The notes: generated by a model not told the origin, from the letters alone. A DNA stretch of 63,604 nt, filler included, from Atractiella rhizophila (GCA_021432655.1; 3 parts of 3 records of this genome joined end to end with filler, not necessarily neighbours in it); one strand, 5' to 3'; counted from the whole stretch's first letter, positions 28,087 through 43,962 are shown. Program-made: numbers and translations.

Positions 28087-30518
28087 TTAAGAGCTTATCG
28101 ACATCAAGGCGGCAGTGAAAGTGAGCACGAGTCTGGGGCGAACTTCGACGAGCTAGAAAACAAAGGTCAGCTTCCTGTACACACTATGCAATGCAAAAAC
28201 AAAACATACATCCTCCGCGACGACGAAGATCAGAGAGCCACATTTTCGTGCAATGGATATGGCAAGTTTGCCTGCACAAGCAGATTATCAGTGAATATTG
28301 CATCGTTAACCACAAGGAACAAGACACACAATTCTGCTTGCATTCCTCGTCGTTCTTTCCAGGATAAACAAGAGAATAATCCACGTAACCGGGTCGTATG
28401 CTGTCCAAAAGATCCAAGAAGAACAATCCGGTCTTGAGACTAGGATCCTTGAAGCTTCTCATCGAAGAAGTCTTTCCACCTCTCTTGACTTGATCATTCG
28501 CCCACTTGACGATATCGTTATCCGTGATCTCCCTTCCTCCCTTGTTCAAGCTGGCCAACGTAGCAATGATGTTCTTTCTACACAACTGCCAGACCAAGCC
28601 AAGCGTGAGCGTACGATTTCCATCTACGATGTCTGCGCCTTGAATACCAATCATCTGCATTCGATTAGCTTTCGCGAGCTCAACAGCGTAATTCGTGTTT
28701 TCGACAGCCTTGAAGCGGGATAGCGGAAGAGGACCTTTTGCGACTCTGCGCCAGGTGACACAGCCAGGAATAACTTTATCGAACGCTTGAGCGAGGACGA
28801 TTCCATCCTACTTCCATCATCAACGCCATTCTTTTGTTCGAGAAGGCAACCCACTTTGAGATCCTCAAACAAGTTATAAACCCCCGGATCAACGTCCAAG
28901 CTGTTGAGCCAGAGCGTGAAAACCCTAGCCTCCCTCTCGCCCTCAGCGTCGAAATCTTCAATAACCGGTCGCTCGGTCTCTTCAAGAGGTTCAAGACCAG
29001 GCCAGGTGTTGAAGAGATTGGCAACAAAGGCGAGATTGAGCTTGGGATTGCCGGCCACCATCGAGCTCGGAGTGAGGTACTTGCGACATCCGATACGATA
29101 CGCATTTTGAAGGACCAATTCAGCGCGTTGATGCAGATCGCGTTCTTGAAGAGGACCTCGAGAACACTCCGCAGGCTTCAGTTGATTCAGGAGAACGGTG
29201 TAATTTTCGGCATCCGCAACGTCCTTCGAGAAATTGGAAACCCTGACAGTTCCAAATTATTCTCCAATTGTTGCAAAACATGAGAAAATACTTTACCTTC
29301 TAGGCCAGTTGGCAGCCTTCAAGTGATAATTGAACCATCGGAGAAGAATTTGGTCAGGAGGAAGTCGAAGGAATTCATCCAGTGTCTCCCCATCCTCCAA
29401 TAACCTATACAACTCCGGATGAAGCTTGATGTCGATCTTGCTCAACAGACCCCTGCGAATGATCTGCCAAATCAACCCAAGGATCAAGTGTTCCCTTCCC
29501 TCGATAAGGTCCGTCGGACCAATATTGACGACAGAGCAGCCGATGGCTTTCGCGGATTGGATAACAATATTGTTGTTCTCGGTCATCTGAAAGTTGTTGA
29601 TCGTCTTAGGCCGTGCGCTGCCAACCGCAGAGCCTGTCCGCCCATGTCCTTTCGAAGACGGTTTATTGAGCACTCGCTCGTCGATTGTGTCAGGGACAGA
29701 GTCGTTGATAAGCTTGGAGAGAACAAGACCATCTAGGCTCAATCAGTCTTGACCGCTAAAACAGCATGAAAGCGACAGCACCTCGGCATTCGTCAAAGAT
29801 CTGCATCGTATCTGTTGGGATAGGCAGTCTGCTTCCAATGTCCGCATCACCTGCCAGAACTCCATTGATGTGCCTCGTGAACTCAGTTCGCTCGTCTTCG
29901 TTTATCGTATGGCTGACATTTGCGCTTGAACCCTTGACGAGCACCTTTCCATGACCGGCAGCTGCAGGAGCACCTGGAGCAAGACCTCGTGATGGCAATG
30001 CCTAATTGCACAAACAATTAACAGGACGCTCCGCATCGTCCAAACCATTCAGCATCCACAAAGTTCCCAAACATATGCGATCACACCATACAGCATGCTC
30101 CTAGAATTAAAGGCGAAGGGGACTCACCCTTCCAGCATCTGCATTTCTACCTTCCTTAAGTTTTGCTATCAATTGCACATAATCCTCAACCTCTAGCAGT
30201 CCCGAGCTATCCAGATCAACCTCCTTCAGGGTCTCTCGAACGGCCTAATGCGATAACAATGTCAGCCCAGGTCTCAGGTCTTCATCTAGCCGACGCACAT
30301 CATAAGTAGCCATCCCATTGCTCGTGACACCTTGCGTGACGGCTTGCTTTGTTACTCTTCCAGTACCTTCGAGATCTATCGCGCTGCAGCCAATAATCCC
30401 ATCAACCAAGGCAACAACGGCTCGGCATGAAAGCAAACGTGAACTGTTGGATGAGCTGATTGAGCTCGTCGGTTGAGAAATCAGGGTACTTCTTTCTGAG
30501 TTTTAACATTTGCGCCAT
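28087..30518 (-). CDS. SAC6: Fimbrin (EF-hand-like N-terminus + four CH domains)
   Basis: HTINEDERTEFTRHIN, LILGLIWQIIR, PDQILLRWFNYHL, DFDAEGEREARVFTLWLNSL, IQGADIVDGNRTLTLGLVWQL. Confidence 0.97.
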
Positions 30519-30851
30519 CTTGAGACAACGTTAGCTGAAGATGGAGTGAGAGGTTGGCTGAGTTCAAAGTTGGTTACTTTCTTGATCAGATCCAGCATTC
30601 ATACTCTTTCGAGATGCTGCGGGAGAACAAGACCGCTGCATTTCCGGCCATGTCCGCAGTTGTGAGTAATAACACGCAGCAAGCGAAAACGGAATATTGG
30701 AGTGGCGAGTCAGTAGCTCAAACGTGTTGCAAAGGCACCGAGTACCGGGGAACATGTACGCGAGACGTAAATGAGTAGATTCCAAAGAAACAGAGCCCCA
30801 GCACACCACATAATATCCAACTTATAACTTCTATGTGTGGAGGCAAATAAA

Positions 30852-33800
30852 TTAGAGGCCAAGAAGCCTCATGATTGCGTACCCAACTGTGATGACCACG
30901 AGCGTAGCAAGAACGGAAGCTGGGATACCATTTTTCAGGAAGTCGGTCACTTGGAGGTATCGTTGTCCCAGCTCTGATTCCATATTGGAAGCGCTCATGT
31001 TGGGAACTTCAAATCAAGTCAACTCTTAATCCATCCTGACGGGCAGAGAATGCTCACATCCTGACACCGGCAGTCCCATTCCGGCCGAGCAAACAAGCGC
31101 AGTAGCCTGCTCATCTTGTTCAGCAAAACATAAACTGCTGCGAGAATACGCACCATGATGAGAAGACGAGGGTGTGGTTGCTGAAGAGAGCTGCCAATCT
31201 CTGCCGCGAGAGGGACGACTAGAACTGCAGCAATGGTATGCGAGATGAAGGTGCCGAGCACCAAGACGATGGCACTAAAAGCGACCAGAATGGTGAAAAT
31301 GTCCAATCCTTTGATGGTCCGTTCGACGATCTGATCGAGGTCGTCTAAAAGAAATCATCAGGACGACCAGACCAGCATTATAGGGGAGGCGTGACCTAGC
31401 AACCCAGAGCTTAACACAGCTTTCCCAAGCGCAATGCCTCCCATGGCCAGGAACACTACGCTCCAAGCCAGATTATCCCAATCCTGCTTCCTCAACACAC
31501 CAGTACCATAAAAGGCGACGAGAGGGATAATGGCAATGACGCCCATATCGCCGATGATGTGCTGAATTTGAGATTGGACAAGCCACAGTGCGATAGTGAC
31601 AATGGTTATGACAACAGTGAAGATCTGTGTCCAAGTGAACACATCTTTGCTAGCACGAACGGGATTGATGGGTGTCCCGGACGCCGAACCAAATGACCAT
31701 AGGAGGAGAAGCCATATGAGAAGGACGGAAATGAAGGAAACGGGAATGGCAATAGCGAACCATTCACCCCATCCAAGGACAGGATGCATATATTCGAGGG
31801 CGATAAGGTTTTGAGGAGATGAGATGGGTGACGACTGGCCACTATCAATGAAAGTAAGCAGACGTTTTTGATGGCCAAAACGCTTACCCGACATTGGATG
31901 CTAGTGCGATACCCAAGATTAAGCTCTTAGAAAAGGCTGAGGTTGGAGGTAAAGTGCGGAGGATCGGCTAGCAAAACAATCGGCATTGATCTGGGCGGTG
32001 CCTAGAAAGAAACCTACCTGAATGAGAGAATAGCAAAGGACGGGAGCTGCAACGTTGCTTATCCACATAGAGCTGAACGTTGCTACGAACATGTATGCAA
32101 GCAGTACATTATGCGGTTTCGTTCCAGCAAAAGAGAGGACTTTGCGAGCTAGCACCTTGTCAATGTTTTGCTTGGACAGAGCAGCCGCAATCGTGAACCC
32201 TCCAATCCTGCAACAACCATCAGAAACAACAAATCAGGCAAGCAAACGAGGGACGGACAAGAGCATGATGGTCGGAGAGAACATTTGCGAGAATATAAAC
32301 CTGCACATTCGTCAAGAAGCATCGATAACATTGTCGTTGGAACTTACTTTGTCGCTTCCGTCGCTGTTAGTCGCCTTCTCTCATCGTCGGAGCTCCGTAG
32401 CACTCTCAGTACAACGACAAGGAAAGGAATGCTGAGAGCCGTCACAAACAGAGGGATGGCTTCCGTCGCCCAGAGAATGGTGGCGAAGGCGAGGATTGCG
32501 GCACAGTTGCGTTCCTCGGCTCTGACAGTCCAACCGCTGTTTAATAGGACGATGAAGACGATGAGCGCAACCGCTAGAGAAACCGTCTTCTGGTTTACCC
32601 ATTGAGGTACCATCCGTCCACCGATTCTCAGACCTTCGACCGTTTCATCCGCTAATGTGGATACCACAGGCTTTTGGTAAGCTCCTTCATGAGACCATCC
32701 TTTCCGCTCCAGTCCGATCATTTCTTTGCGACGATTAGCAGGAAAGGTTTGAAGATATGCAGAATGGCGACTGACCTCTCCATATAGTATTCCTCTCCCA
32801 AACAACATGCTCCCTCACTTGTACCCTCAACTGTCGCTTAGCCTCATTCTCGTTTCCCCTCGTCACGACCTCTGCGTAACACTTCACAACCTTATCTAGC
32901 GCATCTTCTAAGCGATTCCTAGAAGCGGGCGAAAAGGGATGAGAGATATCCACAACTCCAGACAGATAGCTGGATCGGAGACTGGAGAAGAGAATCTTGT
33001 CGTATTTCTTGAGGATTTTACTAAATCCGGTGTGGTTCATAGAGATGTACTGTTGCAGATCATACACTTTCTGCTTCACACTCAGTGACAGCCATGATAA
33101 GGGGAAGATTGCAAAACGAACGGTGTAAGCGTCCCTCAAATATTTCTTAAACATAATCTTGGCATCCATATTCCAGTCCTCGCTCCCGCTCCACCAACTT
33201 TCTCTGCCCGTGTAAGCCATCGTGGCGCCATCCTCTCCACCATCACTGAGAAAGCTCTTATCCATTGGCAGCAAACCGGTTGTCTTCCTCCTGGAGACTG
33301 ATCTGGTCCGCGAACGACCAGTTCTCCTCCTGGGAAGTTCGGACGTAGATCCGTTGGCCATCGGAGCTGGTTCTTCTGAAATCGTTCGCACGAGAGGATC
33401 TGATCTCGTAGCGAGCGCTTCGGCATCACCGCGAATGGAAGACGGATCCTCGAATCTTATGAGCGGGTCATGTACCGCAACATCCCTCTGCTTCGCGCTC
33501 CGGGTGCTTGATACGCTACTTGTTCGCCGCCTGTGCGCCTTCTGGTACTTTCGGTGGTCGATCCAGAAAGCCCTGAGCAAGCTTTCTTTGACTAACACGG
33601 AGCTTCTCTTTAACAAACCTCCTTCTTCCCTTTCATCCTCCGAATCCTCGTCACTCAATTCGCTCCCTTCCTCCTCCGCCATTCTGGCGCTTTCCTCCTC
33701 CATTCTTTCAATGTCATGTATTAGTGCGTCCAAATCACTCAACACTTCACGCTCCTTCTCAGCATAGAAATCGGTGATGCGGGCAAGCTCCTTGTCCAAA

Positions 33801-34068
33801 AGCCGAGAGAATTGTCGATCGGCGGATGTCGTGGCAGCCGTATCGACAGAGAGAAGATTAGAGGATTCCAGGTCGTCTGGCGTAGGTTCGAGAGTACCGC
33901 TACGGTGTAGGTTGGCTTTCTCGAGCTCGTAAATGAACGATTTGAGGGCGTCATAGCTTCGAAGACCATAAGAAAGAACCCTTCTTTTATCACATAAAGG
34001 GCTTACTTTATGTAGTATGACCTCCACTCTTGGACGCTATTGAAAGTCAAAACTGCTGAGAACTTCAT
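30852..34068 (-). CDS. SPX-domain low-affinity phosphate transporter (Pho87/Pho90/Pho91 family, SLC13-like)
   Basis: SPX N-terminus MKFSAVLTFNSVQEWRSYYI and NHTGFSKILKKYDK. Transporter motifs LWATEAIPLFVT, SMWISNVAAP, SPISSPQN, LAMGGIALGKAV. Confidence 0.95.
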
Positions 34069-34250
34069 CTTTTCCGACTGGCAAGCACGGAAGAGGCGAG
34101 CGAAGGTAGTGTCTTGGCGTGCTGTGTGGTGCAGAGAGTAAGATGGTAGAAGAGTGGTGAGGGGGATAGTTTGAGAGTCTTCCTGTTTACGAGGCCTGAA
34201 AAACATTCATCAATAGCTCCATTGAGTGTGTGGGCTTCCTGGCACGGAGT

Positions 34251-34256
34251 CACGTG
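34251..34256. promoter_or_regulatory. CACGTG E-box (Pho4/bHLH-type) in the divergent SPX-transporter/MYST promoter
   Basis: CACGTGG about 180 bp upstream of the transporter ATG. A single hexamer could be chance. Confidence 0.3.
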
Positions 34257-34651
34257 GTGGGGTCTCCCTCTACCAAACTCGAGCAAACGATCATCACGCT
34301 TGGATTCCCTTACTCCTCAACTGCTGGCAACTCTCAGGGAAGGGTACTGGATAGGTAGAACAGCAAGAGTGGACTGGATATCTACTGGCCTACACGCCAC
34401 AGCGCCGCTTATAAAGGAAAACGACAAGCGAGGTAAGCAGCTCGTGTCTTTCAGTATTGGGTCTGTATGATACGAATCCTTGTCCCCTTCCCTCATGCGA
34501 CAAGATTCGTAACGAGCTGTTCCGAGACGCATTGTTTGCTGCTATAGCACTTCCAGTATCATCTGTCGCTGGAGTTCGACTCGTTGACACGAACCAACAA
34601 GTGCAGCTGATCCTTATCCCGTGGTTGCAGCGCTGCTCTTTCTTCTTTACG

Positions 34652-38171
<3,520 letters not shown>

Positions 38172-38470
38172 TGATCTGAACATTGTATTCTTGACTCCAT
38201 TTATTGCAAGTTGTGTCTATGTAGGATTTGTTCATTTTAGGAGGAATTGAATGTCGACCTTTACTGTGTGACAGCTTAGTAGTCCAAGGAACTTGAATTT
38301 TGAGCGACCGTATAGCCATTCAATATTAATATTCAATATTCAAATATTCATTGTTCAGAGCTTCAGCCTTTATTATCAGTTTACGCCACGCAAGCGGGAA
38401 GAGTGATCGATCAATATGTAAGCGTAAAACAAAGTTTACAATCTTCCAGGTTTTTCTTGAGCACGATATC

Positions 38471-40225
38471 ATGATTTCCCCCATACCATCTCAACCTCCC
38501 GCTGCAACGCCCACATACACCCTTTGGTCGCTGTCATCTCATCCCGTCTTACCTTTACTCGTCTCTGCCGCCTCCGATCGCTCACTCCGCTTCTACGCCT
38601 TATGTTCGCCTGTTAGCAGCAACAACAACGGGGGAGACTCCACATCAGCACCAAACGACGGAGGAGCGGTCAATCTAGAGCTACGGCACATCAACACTGT
38701 GTCCACTTCACACACAAGATCATTGAGGAGTGTAGCCTTCAATGAGACAGGTGATAAATTAGCATGCGGTTCCTTTGACAGCTCTATCTCGATCTGGGAG
38801 CGTGCGGAAGGAGAGGAAGACAGTATCGGTGAGTGGGAGGAAAGGGAGATGTTGGAGGGCATGGAGAACGAGGTGAAGGCTGTGAGATGGAGGACCACAG
38901 CGAGAACTGTCGCGACAGATGAAGAGGCAGAAGGAGGGGGAGGATGGTTGGCAGCGTGTGGGAGAGATAAGAGCGTTTGGGTTTGGGAAGGTGCGCATGT
39001 TCTTATTGCCGTTGACTATCGCTGTGGAGATGTTGAGCAAGTCTTTCTGCTCTCCTGCTTCCTTGCAGAGAAGAGGGCAACGATACTGGCCTTTGTTTGT
39101 CTTCTTTCGAATATAATAATTTTGTTTGAGCAAGAATCAACCACCTGTTTCAGCCTGACATAGGTAATAATAGTTTCCCTATCTCACTGGCATTGTGGCA
39201 ACAGACATTTTCTCGATTCTGCATTCCCACTGTCTGGGACAGTCATGCCTCGTTTGCATTTGGTCCCAAGATGCTTTCTCTCACGGCCTTGCGCCTGCGA
39301 TTGTCGAGACAAGTGTAATTTAACCCGCTCACAGAGTTGCCTCTCGACTTCATCGCGGAGTTCTTTGCAATCTCTGCTTCTGTATATATTCAGTTCTAAC
39401 TCATCACCAGTACTTTTGGTGTAGTGATCCCCGAAACCAACGAATATGAAGTCGCTGCGGTATGCTTGGACCATGAACAGGATGTCAAGTCCATCGCTTG
39501 GCATCCGAAAGAGGATGTGCGTTGTTCTCTCAGCGCAGAGTGTTCTCACGAGCAAGTTATCACAGCTGCTGGTATCCGCATCGTACGATTGCTCTATGCA
39601 TTTTTACTCGGAGTCGTCCTACGATGCCGAATGGTCGTCTCACCAACATATCCCCTCAGCGCACAAGGGGACGGTTTGGAGCGTCTCCTTTTCAACCGAC
39701 GGCGAGTTCTTAGTCAGCGGTGGAGATGACGATGATGGTGGAGGGGAAGTGCGCTGGTGGTGTCGGGAGAAGATTGCCAGTACTAGCAGCAGCATACGAG
39801 TCGGAAGGGGCGAGAAGGAGCGTTGGCGTCTTGGCGGAGTGGTACGCATGGACGAGACTGAAGAGGAAAAGAGAGGACCCGTCGTTGTTGTCGACTGGAA
39901 GGATGAATATTTGCTTGTAGGGCAGAGAGACGGACGCATCGAAGTCTTCCGGACTGTACGCCTCTGCTCCTGCCCCTTCTGTAGCCATTGAGTCATCTGG
40001 TTAACGACGGAATAGACTATCGTAGAAGGGAAAATGAACTTTGTACGCATTGGCAAGCACGAAAAGGCACACGGCGATTTCGACCTGAACCACCTCACTT
40101 GGATTCGATACCGTCCTAAAGAGTTCATCAAGGGAGGAAAGTGGAACGGGATCGACACATGCTTTGCTAGCTGTGGGGATGATGGATTTGTCAGAGTGTG
40201 GACTGTAAGCAACGAATCTGCTTAG
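38471..40225 (+). CDS. CIA1: Cytosolic Fe-S assembly WD40 protein Cia1
   Basis: HTRSLRSVAF, GSFDSSISIWE, LEGMENEVKAVRW, CGRDKSVWVWE|...HEQDVKSIAWHP, SASYD, HKGTVWSVSF, AHGDFDLN, ASCGDDGFVRVW. Confidence 0.9.
39034..39392 (+). ncRNA. Candidate structured intronic RNA(s), possibly one or two H/ACA snoRNAs
   Basis: Inside CIA1 intron 38991-39424: hairpin, ATATAA (ANANNA, 39111-39116), hairpin, ACA-ttt (39205-39210); then hairpin, AGACAA (39307-39312), hairpin, ATA. Pocket-to-box spacing is not clearly canonical. Confidence 0.35.
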
Positions 40226-40454
40226 GCTCCTCATTCATGTCGACAAGCAAGACGCGTGCAATGTAATCATAGACTACTGTGTTATCCTAGACCTGCCATC
40301 TCGTTGCTTGTCCATCATATTCAGCCAAATACTTCAGGGCAAAGTTGTTGGACGCGCCGGGACCATCCCAAGTCTTCGCCATCAGAGTAGCCATCTTTCA
40401 TGGTTGAATCGCGGCTGTCATGATACACTCAGACACAGGAATCGAATCACTGAG

Positions 40455-40501
40455 GCGACCTTTGCCAAGTTTATTAAAGCGACCTTTGCCAAGTTTATTA
40501 A
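40455..40501. repeat. 24-bp tandem duplication GCGACCTTTGCCAAGTTTATTAA(A) x2
   Basis: Directly visible between the convergent CIA1 and Con-13-like genes. Confidence 0.85.
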
Positions 40502-40658
40502 TGCCTTCCCGGAGTTTCTTTCAGGAATGGGTTGACCATTGACGGAGGAGAATATTCGAATTGGATTGAAGTTTGTTCATTCAGGCTTTCTGGTACGGGT
40601 TGAAGGAGCCGAATATACATGGTCGAAGTTGTTACACCACAAAACGCCACTTCCGACA

Positions 40659-42203
40659 TCAGAGCTTCCTCTTCACAAATTTTCCTGTTGGCTTGGAGTA
40701 GAAAACGCCAACCGCGTCGGCTGGAGTGGGATTAATGTATTTCTCAACAGCGGCAACCCGATTGTGACTGAATTTGGAGGGATCGGATGTCTTGAATGAC
40801 GGCGCGATGATGTCCATCCTGACGCCTTTGGCCACGGAGGTCGGTTTGAAACTCCTGTTCTTGATAGCTCCGGAAGCAAGGTCGCGCTTAGAGACCTTGG
40901 AATGAAAGTGAGACCATCTGCCTTGAACGGAGCGCTTGAGGCTATCAAATAAACTTGGTTATTAGCGTTTTCTTATCGCAAGCAGAGATAGCGCACTGAT
41001 TGTGTTCACCGCGGATGGAAAGATCGCACGTCGTCTTTGCCATAGCAGCTTTATTGATTCTGTCATTGGACTGGTAGGCATCAAGCTGGTTTTGCATGCA
41101 GGAAACTGAAGGTCCATCGGGAAAGGTACCAAAGAGATCGTTGTAAAGACTCATCACCGTGACTGTCTTTCAGTCAGCATCTGAGTTTCAGAACAACAAT
41201 ATTCGAACCCTGAGCAAAGTCCTCGACTTATATCGAACCAATTAGCTCCACACCTTTCCAGAGGATGGATCAGAACGAACCTTCGTTACTGTTTGCATAA
41301 TCATCAGGGACGCATGTGTCGGCAGCAATGGCATTCTTGAAGGTATCGCTACTACTAAAGCTCTGGTCGATTGTGTGTCCCTGTCCAAGTGTACAACTTA
41401 ACCTCATGCTGGGGAATGACAAGAGAAATGCGAACCTGTTCGTGGATGAAAACCGTCAATCCAGCCTCTTCGTGCTCGTCTCCGAACATGAGGATGTCGC
41501 TGGGGACAACATTTGAACAATGAACAAACAGAAAGAAGACACACATACTTTGCAGGAAGCCAAGTGAGAGCGTGGTTTCCGGTATCAGGGAAACTGAGGA
41601 AATAACGTGTGTAATCACGAAGAGTAGTGGGAGTCCTACATACCAATCGATCAGCGGGGTTTCACAAAGGAAGGAAGATTTTACCTTCCCAGTTGAACCA
41701 GGACATCGTTCAACGTCATGTGGATTCCCTTTTGCTCACTATCCAAGATGCTGGTATGTCCTCATCCTTTTACAAACGCGAAAGCGCTCACTTGCAATAG
41801 CAGACGGTGTATGGGAGACTGCAGTCAGAGTACTGCGCAAAGGCCGTCAGCTCAACAATTTCACGAACGTAAATGAGAGGACGAACCGTGACATTGACAG
41901 CTTGCATTTGATCGGCGGCACAATACACTGATCCATCATCGTGAGTGCTGGCGGCATAAGACGCGCATTGGCTGGGTAAGTCGATGCCGTAGTAGCTGCC
42001 CCCTACAAAGGGGAGCTTATCGTTGAAAACGTAATGCGGACCAAGGCCTGTTTTTCATGACTGCGATCAACTATATGTAATTCACACACCTCGAGAAGTA
42101 ACATACCATCAGAATAAAGACTGTCCTTCCCCAATTGCGCGGTAGCTTTGCCCGCCAGGAAGGAGAGGGAAGATAGAACGATAGTCAAAGGGAGAGACAA
42201 CAT
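40659..42203 (-). CDS. Secreted Con-13 (conidiation-specific protein 13)-like protein with HExxH zincin motif
   Basis: Signal peptide MLSLPLTIVLSSLSFLAGKATA and Cys-rich N-half. Spliced IHEQ|GHTIDQSFSSSDTF...VPDDYANSNE|VEDFAQ...SCMQNQL. Many short introns. Confidence 0.72.
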
Positions 42204-43051
42204 TGCTTAATAGATGGGATAGGACTGGCTTGAGGAAGTGCAAGTGCAAAAGATGAGGGGAAAGTATCACAGGTCATCGGTTTTTATAGGTCGGAGTGTC
42301 ATCAATCAAAGGCTGGAATGATCAACTCCTGCTCTGCTTAGTTTCCCCGTCGCTTCAGACACGAGGTGGCATCAAAGTGATAAACCTCACCTTCACGACA
42401 CGACGCCGCCGTCCTTATCCTGACCAACTACCTCAAATTTAGATTCACATAGTTTGTAGGTGGTAGGCGTAGATCCCTGCTGGAATGTCATTCGTCATGC
42501 GGAGTACGAGAGGCGGTCACTTTTTCCCGTGAAGGCACAGCAGGGTTCGTTTTGGCGTCGCCTAGATATTCTGGTTCCGAAAGGAATCACATCTCGAAAG
42601 GACAGGAATATTGAGAAGGTAATGCTGTATAGTACCGTAATGACCTTGTCCTCCAAGACACAGCATCCGAACCTGTTACTTGGCGTTTTGCCATGCCGGA
42701 AGCGTTCAGGATTTAGACATAAAGGTTGTCAAAGATGACACAACGGTTTGAAAGCAGTGTAATGGGAGATAAGATATTGGGACTGACATCTGGTCAGGTT
42801 CTGGAGGGTTGAGCTGCTGCCGATACGGAAGCAAGGACACTCAGCTCAGATATTCAACTCAGATATTTGAATATGCCTCTCCATCCGCATGCTCACAACC
42901 CTCGTTTCACTCTACTTTGTTGTCACATTCTGAGCTCATGAATGTTAGGCACGCCACGTGAGCCTGTAGTTCTGTGCCGGATAGTGAAGCCATAGTGACA
43001 AATTTTAAAACGTCCATCACAACAACCTTCCTCGCCGAAACTCGCTCCAAA

Positions 43052-43525
43052 ATGGCCAGCAGATTCGCTACCCTCAGTATGTTCCCATAATCTTCTTCTT
43101 ACCGCACCAAAGCTAATCTTTTGTGACGAAACAAAGTCCCACCAAAACTCGCATCCCCTGCCTCCCTCGGCTCTCATCCCAATGCCGCCCGAATGACCAA
43201 CGTCGTCAGCTTCTATTCCCGGGTGTGTCTCTCACCCTTTATCCCTCAACATTATTCTCTGGCACTTGAATACAACCTGATGATGGTTTGAACAGTTGCC
43301 GAAAGGTCCGGCGCCAAAGGTGACTTCTGCCAACCCAATCACGAGGTACAGGCAAAGGTACTTCGAAGGAGGATCCGCTGCTCCTGTCGTCCATATCCTC
43401 TTCTGGGTAGCAGTGATGGGTTATACTTTCCACTGTGCGTCTCTTTATATGGTGAATGGGCAGGCAGTGATGACCTGGTCGTAGATAACATGCATCTTAA
43501 ACACCACAAGAACAATGCTCACTAA
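43052..43525 (+). CDS. ATP17: Mitochondrial ATP synthase subunit f
   Basis: VPPKLAS...ARMTNVVSFYSR|LPKGPAP...RYRQRYFEGGSAAPVVH...GYTFH|YNMHLKHHKNNAH*. Confidence 0.92.
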
Positions 43526-43962
43526 GTGCTCTCTTTCTTTCACCCACCCTCCACCCTTTCCTCCTATTTCTACTTCTGCTCCTCTTTCTCTTTGCCCTCT
43601 TTGTCTTTCGGCTCCACCACCGTTCAGAGTAACAGTCCTCTCTGAGGCGTCACTGTCGCTATATTCTTCCACAATCTCACGGTGCTCGTGAAAGTTTACC
43701 TCAAGCTGTTTTTCTCAGCTAGTGTCAGGCTTAGTTTCGAGTTTTCGATGTTTACTCTGACTTCCAACCACATCTTTCTCCAAAATCCGCCACTTGCCTG
43801 CCGATAGCCTATCGACCGCTCAGAGAGCACTTTCGAAAAGAAAAGAGCCCAAAGAGTTGTGAGTGTTTCGTGCAGCTGATAAGGAACTTTGAACGTCAGC
43901 ATGCATCAAGAGTTTGTAGCATAGCTATTGACAAGCAGAATGTTCAAAGGAAATGCGGATCC

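Noticed and set aside
39224..39243. ATTCCCACTGTC / GGGACAGT resemblance to an LSU rRNA segment as a defined snoRNA guide
   Set aside because: The match is from memory, short, and partly in the sense orientation. No target can be assigned without a search.
38991..39424. TPP riboswitch, SECIS element or spliceosomal snRNA in the CIA1 intron
   Set aside because: I did not find the TPP core (CTGAGA...CTTGAT), a convincing SECIS core, or U1/U2/U6/U11/U12 signature sequences.
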